Assembly (NCBI GenBank): GCA_023231475.1
Contig: JALJEE010001488.1
Span: 1-54,969, forward strand
Length of the DNA stretch: 54,969 nt
Direction of reading: 5' to 3'
Origin: Seison nebaliae
Lineage: Eukaryota
The notes beneath the pieces were generated by a model that worked only from the letters and a program-made list of their open reading frames with translations, ran no database searches and was not told the origin of the DNA. Positions within the stretch are counted from its first letter, which is position 1. The number at the start of each line of letters is the position of its first letter. The translations under genes were made by a program, and so were the position numbers. This document shows, piece after piece, positions 48,602-54,969 of the stretch.

Positions 48602-50126
48602 TCTGATTTCTAAATTTCATACGAATTACAACTTGAACGAATTAATCATCGAAAATAAGAATGTTTCTGAAATATAATTATTTCATCTCAACACTCCAAC
48701 TTGTGTGTGATGGAAATTTATCTTTAACATTTCTTAATTGATGAAGATGCGCAAAAAGAATTTCATATGAAAACAGCTACCAGTGACCTTGATAAAAAAA
48801 AGAGATTGTCATCGTGCTGCACATGTGCTCGTGCCCAACTACACGTATCAAAGATGTAAAAAATGTTAAGCGGAAAAATGGAAAGAAGAAAAATATTTTG
48901 GAAAATTACCGTAATTATGGTACAGTTTGTTTGAGAAGTTATAATGTTCAAATTGGAGTTAGTCCATCCCAAAGAAAAGAAGGAAGAACAAGAAAAAAAT
49001 ATTTGAAAAACAAAATTTTTACACTTCTTCTCCTCTCCAATTAATCGACGTATTATCATTAAAAATTCTTTAGAATTCTTTCTTTGACGTGTTAGTGCAT
49101 CAATTTTAGTTGGTGTACATCGATGTGTGCACATGGCTCTACCAATTCATTTGTCAACAACACATCATTAGTGCGCTAGTAGGATGAAATAATTTGAGAG
49201 GAGGAAAATGAAATTTAATTTACATAAGAAAGAAGATAAAATACATCTTCTCCCGAGCACACAAATGACATAATTTATATGTTTCTATCATATGTAAGTG
49301 ATCGGATGTTAAATGGATGCACGATGATTTATAGTTAGGAGATGACGATATAATTTATAGTCACTCATGAATATTCTCTCAATTCCTTTTATGGAGTTGA
49401 AGAATAATTAATGAGTACTAAAATCTTCGAAGATTTCGTTTAATCGACAACTTCAATTATATTTCTTCACATCAAATTACTTTTCGTATCATCTCCGTCC
49501 GATGCACTCACTTCTCACCAATGTTCAAATGAACATGTTTGAACAAGATCATCATTCTCGTATTAAGAAAATATTTTTCATCTTCTCTTTCATGCTCACT
49601 CTAATATATCTTCATCATTCAATTCAATTCAGTTAGGAAATATTTCAAAATTACTTTTCCTTCGATATATAAAAGAATTAATTTTAATAATTTTAAACAA
49701 ACGAAATTTTTCCACTTTATTCATTTAATTTACATAATCGAACATAGCTAAAAGGTTAGAGTACTCAAAAGGAATTAAGTTTAAACAAAAACTCCACTCA
49801 ACAAAAACGTGACTAATTTCGATGATTTCCCTTTCATTTCAATATAACTAATTTCTATTACAACAATTAGTTATGATAAGGGAACACACATGTTGAAAGT
49901 GAAGCTAACAAAAGTAAGACAAAAATTGTCCATTTACAAAATCGTCGATTGTTTACAGTAGTCTGGCCAATTAACTAAAATTTAATATAATTCTTCCATG
50001 TCTCATGAAAATGGCACATTAAATTCGAGAAAATTTCACTTTCAATCCACTTCACAATGGAATAAATTGTCAGTTTAAGAAAGAAGTGGCAGATCTATAA
50101 ATAATTGACAACTATGAACGATACGG

Positions 50127-51383
50127 ATGAAAAGATATTTGTGGGATGAGTATCTCGTTAGTTTTCATTCTTTTTAACCGGAAAACGAAAAAAATCGTTA
50201 GAGCATGAAATTTATAAAAAACTTACTTTGCGAGGAAGCAATTCCACGATATCTCATCGAATTACAGGCACCTTGGATCCAACCGTTACGTTCTTACGAT
50301 GAGAATCGAATTAGCGAAGAAATCATCGAAATGAAACAGAAATATCTTTATTTGGGTGTAAGAAAGAATTTCTTTCATGAAGAGAAAGTCCCAAGAATTA
50401 TTCATATGATTTCCAATTTTATCATTATCGGAACATTATTATTGATTAGTGGATTTTATTTATGGTGGAGAATCATACCTCCAATCATCGGGGAAAAATT
50501 GATATTTGAATGGAAAGAAAATGAAGAATTATTTGGAAATTGTTCAGCTTATTATGAGTTGGATTCAATCACTGAAACAGATCTTACTCCATTGGCGCTA
50601 CCTTTATCTTCGGCATTTAAAGCGGATATTCATTATCCATGGTTAGTTAGATTGTATATGGAAATCGGAAAATCGTCCATAACATGCGGAGGAGCACTTA
50701 TCTCATCAATTCATGTCCTAACAGCAGCTCATTGTCTTTTAAATGCTGAGAAAAATAATACAATTATTAAAATTGGTAAGAAATGTAATTTGAATTATGA
50801 GCAAAAAGAAAATTTTATTAAAGTCCATCGATATTTTCCAGTTACTCTCATTTTTAATCATTCCTAATATCTTTATCATTCGTAGCATGAAAATTTCAAA
50901 GAGAATTTCTTCGAATACGATATCGCAATTTTGGAAATGGAAAAAGAATTCCATAAGGAATGTCTAGTACAACCTATTTGTTATTCGAATAAAAAAACTG
51001 ATATTCATTCCGCTGTTCATTTGGCCGGTTGGGGTCGCACCATTTCAACCGTGCCCTCTCAAAAAATTCTTCATTATCATAATTTCAGAATCATTCATCC
51101 AAATTACTGTCGTGTCTCCTTCTCCCGACAAGCTAGTCAATGGAATATGTTATGTGGCGTCGCTATCAATAAGAATACGAAGAGTATTATAAAGAAGGGA
51201 AGTATTTGCAGTGGGGATTCGGGTAGTCCATTAATCCGAAGGACTACTGACTCGAAATGGATTGTCGCTGGAATAGGCATTTATAGTGCAAAGAAATGTA
51301 ATACGTTCAGTGGATTTACTGACGTATCATCTTATATCGATTGGATATCGAATACACTAGACAAATTTAAAAATTTCCAATAA
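50127..51383 (+). CDS. Membrane-anchored S1 (chymotrypsin-fold) serine protease, 3 exons
   Basis: Exons 50127-50156, 50202-50840 and 50886-51383. TM segment FIIIGTLLLISGFYLWW; motifs YPW, CGGALIS, LTAAHC, YDIAIL, AGWG and CSGDSGSPL, so the catalytic triad is intact. Confidence 0.9.
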
Positions 51384-51900
51384 TAATCTTTTAATTTCTC
51401 CTCATGTAAATCATTCTAATTGATGGAAAAATATTTCCTTATTTTATTTTAAATAAATATGTATCTCATTTTTTTTTTCATTAAATTCTTCTTTTTTTTC
51501 CATTTAATATTTATTCTACACGTTTATAATAACAAAATCATTCTAACTAATAAATAATAATAATAAGAATAATATAAAATTCAACAAAGAATTACAATAA
51601 CAGAAATATCCATATAAAACTTCATTTTAAAAATATTACATAATCCATTCCTCAGAGTAAATTTGTTTATATCGATTATATTCAATTTAAGAAATTACGA
51701 AAATTTTTGATGTTACCTTAAATATAGTAAAGAAAAACTTATTAAAGCTGACTGAAAAATTGACGTAGAAATCATACAATTGACATAAATATTAATTTTC
51801 AGTTTATAATTCTTTTCTGAAATTGTTAGACTAGAATTTAAACAACAGAGATAATATTCCTTTGATAATGTTCCAAAATTATAATTTGAAAATTTTTTTC

Positions 51901-51913
51901 GTTGCCTAGTAAC
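51901..51913 (+). promoter_or_regulatory. RFX X-box
   Basis: GTTGCCTAGTAAC fits the GTNRCC-N(0-3)-RGYAAC consensus and lies about 70 nt upstream of the ATG of a motile-cilia gene. Confidence 0.75.
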
Positions 51914-51982
51914 GAGGAAAATAAGATTATTCTAATAATTTATTTTAGATAATTTTAAAGTATCGCAAAATTGTAAAAGAAG

Positions 51983-54026
51983 ATGCAGATTAGCCACTTA
52001 ACAAAGCCGGCAGTCATAGATGAGGAAATGTTGAAAAAAGGATCTACGCCCAAAAACGCCAAATTTGGTATTGGGCGTAGTTTAAAGGATGATATAAAAT
52101 TTGAAGAAGTTAAGAATCTCCAACTTGATTTTGAAAGTTTTTTTTATTGCTTCTCTTTGTCCCAATTAAATAATGAATGTTTTGAAAAGATATTTTGAGA
52201 ATTGAAAATTTGTGGCAATTCAAAGCAGTTACTCGACTGAAATTGGATAATAATATTATTGGAAAGATTGCCGGATTAGAAGATCTGATCCATTTGGAAT
52301 GGCTAGGTTCAATTTCCGATAATTTCTGATTTAATGAATTTTTATTTTGAAAAGATTTGTCTTTCAACTTTATCGAAGTTATCGAGAATATCAGTCATCT
52401 GAAAAAATTGACTGATCTCAGTTTATATCATAATCGGATAAGGAAAATTGAGAATATGGAAACTCTGAAACATCTTCAAATTTTGTCAATCGGAGCAAAT
52501 GAACTGACAGATTTAAACGATGTTAGTTCTGAATAATTATCGTATTCATTTCCGTTTAACTAATTATTATTCCGTTAATAGATCATTTATTTGAGAAGAT
52601 TTGACAATTTAAGATCGTTATGTGTGAATGGAAATCCATTTTGTGAAGAAAAGAATTACATGGACTTTGTTCTATCTCATTTGCCAAGTATCAAATTTTT
52701 AGATTATCGAATCGTTAAAGAAACAAAAGTTTAACATTTTAAATTTTTCCTCTTAACAAAATTGTTAACTCAAACTCAATTAGAGAATGGCAGCAATAAC
52801 TAAATTTGAAATCGATTTGCAACAATTACAACAAACAGAGAATCAGGAAAAGAAGATCCAAGAAAAAAAAGAAGAGGAAGAACGCTTACAAGAAATTTAT
52901 AAAGTTTGAATAATTTTTTTTTTAAATTTCGCTAATTCATTTTTCAATATATTTAGGCTGCGTATGTCGATAATTTGGATGGTAGTGGATTGTTCGATTT
53001 AATGTTCGAATTAGATGCAGATGGATTGAAGATTAATTTAATTGGAACGATACGGGAATCGGTTGAAGAATATCAACAGAAATTCGTTGCAATTTCCAAA
53101 GAAATTTTCGAATTGGGTCTCACAGTTTGATCAGTATTTTTAATGTAATTTTTTAATTTTATGCAAATTAATAGGAGAAGACGAAACGAGATGATGAATT
53201 GAAAGAATTAATGGAAGTTGTTAATGATGTAAAAGATACGGACAATAAAAGAGGTTCGGAAGCAATTCGTCGATATCTCCAAGAGAAAGAAGAGGTTTTC
53301 ATAATTCATTAATAATTCTTATTTAAATTTTAAAAAATTTAGTTAGCCGAATTAGTGGAACAAACTGAAGACTTGGCATTGATCGATGATAAATGTAATG
53401 CAGCACAAGAGAGATTGGAAGATTTATGGAAGTTTCTGATGACTAACGAAATGCAACTAGTCGATCAGATTGAAGTTTTTTTATTCACAACTTTCTGATT
53501 ATGATTTTTGAATAGGATCTGATTCGTGAATGGGAACGACAAACTTCGGATGTTATTGCGACATTCAAAGAAAATTTGAGGAATCTTTTCATGCAATTAC
53601 GAGACGCGGAAGGACTTCATAATGAGAAATTATCTGAATTATGCTTCTTTACCCTCGACAAAGTATTAAAAGGAGAATTCAACGAAGACGAAGTACCTGA
53701 AGTGGCTAGAGAAGTTTATCTAATATTTCAAATATTTATTTCAACAAATTAATATCTTTTCAATTATTCTCCAGTTATTTGTTGATAAAGACAATTTAAC
53801 TAATTCATTGACTCAATCACATGATTTGCATCTCAACAAAATCGATCAGAAAGAAGAAAAAATTAATCAAGCTCTCGACGATTGGTTTAGTAGTCAATCG
53901 TCTCAGTTACATGAACAACAGGAATATCGTCGGAATCGTCAAAGAATATTAGAAATTAATCGATTACTCGATGAATTACGAGGTGAATTAGATGACTTAA
54001 TTGACAAGAATGAACCGATCGAATAA
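51983..54026 (+). CDS. DRC3: Dynein regulatory complex subunit 3 (LRRC48), 10 exons
   Basis: Nine GTT-AG introns (52137-52189, 52307-52354, 52522-52581, 52729-52783, 52904-52956, 53125-53174, 53295-53342, 53475-53515, 53714-53774) give PAVIDEEML, LQLDFENILRIENLWQF, LDNNII, LEWLDLSFN, IIYLRRF, GNPF, LDYR and a coiled-coil C-terminus. Confidence 0.93.
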
Positions 54027-54165
54027 AATGGAATTATAAAAAATAAAGAATGGAATGTCTTTTATTAAAAATCAAAAATAAATTTTTTTGAATGAAATAA
54101 ATTTAAAATTTTTGATCTGTAAAAAGGTGGGAGAATTTCGAAAATAAAGGAATTAATAAAACAAA

Positions 54166-54969
54166 TTATTTTCTCAATACTGTTTTTTGGTGCATATCAT
54201 TACATGATTTTAAATGAAGAAATTTCTTTTCACTTGGAATGTCCGATAATTCAGAAAATCGACTACGTAAACGATTCGATATTTGTCTTCTTGTTGAGTT
54301 TTTGATTATTTGAAATATATCTGTTTGGCGATTTCCACATGACATTAATTGACCGTCGAAATATTCCCGTTTTTCGATGAGACATTCCAAATATTTTCTC
54401 TCTAATTTTTCTGGAAAATCTCCCCATCGTGGAAAATCTCCATTTTGGGCTGATACTAATTTAACACGTAATCCTTCTGGATTGAAACACCAAGAACAAT
54501 GGAAACCAGAAAAATAATTTTCATTTCCTATTCCGAACATGACGGTATCTGGAGAACGTCTTCGCGACCTACATAATTCTTTTGATTTCAAGGAATTTAT
54601 ACAAATCACTTTTCTTAAATGTTCTGCGAGTGCTGAACCCTCAATATAGAATTGACTATTCCGTACAGAATGTAAAGAATAAGCAAGAGAGTGTCGGAAC
54701 GTTTCAAGAATTGTTCCTACATGCAAAGTTGTTGGCTCGGATAATGGACAGAAGAAACCATATGAATAATGTTCGTATCGTATTTGAATTCTTCCACGAT
54801 CGAAAATATCATAAAATTTCATTGTTCTAAGAACTGAAGGATGAATAATTTCATCTGCATCAGAATACATAATAATATCATCAGAATGAATTCCAATAAT
54901 TCGAGGAATTGCTAAATAGCCAATGATGTTGTGTTTATAAGTATCAGCTATCCAACCGTTAATTTTCCC
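54166..54969 (-). CDS. MGAT3: Beta-1,4-N-acetylglucosaminyltransferase III (GT17), 3' part; 5' end beyond window
   Basis: Open from the window edge: GWIADTY...DDIIMYSDADEI (DxD motif), YSYGFF and GFHCSWCFNPEGLRVKLVSAQNGDFPRWGDFPEK. Confidence 0.92.
   Translation of the reverse strand, partial: GKINGWIADTYKHNIIGYLAIPRIIGIHSDDIIMYSDADEIIHPSVLRTMKFYDIFDRGRIQIRYEHYSYGFFCPLSEPTTLHVGTILETFRHSLAYSLHSVRNSQFYIEGSALAEHLRKVICINSLKSKELCRSRRRSPDTVMFGIGNENYFSGFHCSWCFNPEGLRVKLVSAQNGDFPRWGDFPEKLERKYLECLIEKREYFDGQLMSCGNRQTDIFQIIKNSTRRQISNRLRSRFSELSDIPSEKKFLHLKSCNDMHQKTVLRK

Noticed and set aside
48700..50100. Basic 76-aa and 123-aa ORFs between GGH and the protease
   Set aside because: They overlap on opposite strands, have no family motifs, and I could not build a consistent spliced model.
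1..54969. CRISPR arrays, prokaryotic operons, rRNA genes or intact transposons
   Set aside because: None seen. The window is spliceosomal eukaryotic DNA and its repeats are simple microsatellites.

Overview
This is a gene-dense, AT-rich animal genomic window in the standard genetic code, with very short introns (mostly about 35-70 nt). Recognisable genes, in order: 3' end of a beta-tubulin, a HIG1-domain protein, a Ly6/uPAR three-finger protein, an initiator tRNA-Met, intronless UNC-45, a PLP class I/II aminotransferase, a U4 snRNA, TRMT10, a TBC Rab-GAP, an SBK1/meng-po-like Ser/Thr kinase, gamma-glutamyl hydrolase, a membrane-anchored S1 serine protease, DRC3/LRRC48 with an RFX X-box, and MGAT3 (GT17, partial). 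Several orphan ORFs lie between them. Main observations from hand-built gene models: (1) 42 of 43 reconstructed introns start GTT and the 43rd has an in-frame GTT option, with no conservation at +4 to +6, implying non-standard 5' splice-site recognition. (2) Five large ORFs and one short exon join in frame into one ~5,800-aa kinase that is mostly microsatellite-derived low-complexity sequence. (3) The initiator tRNA has G30.U40 breaking the three-G:C anticodon-stem hallmark, plus U33. (4) A secreted orphan is built from three phase-0 micro-exons. (5) A 42-nt intergenic gap and unpaired acceptor-like sites hint at operons or SL trans-splicing. The taxon cannot be fixed from sequence; a compact invertebrate genome such as a seisonid rotifer is only a guess. 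No exon structure here has transcript support.
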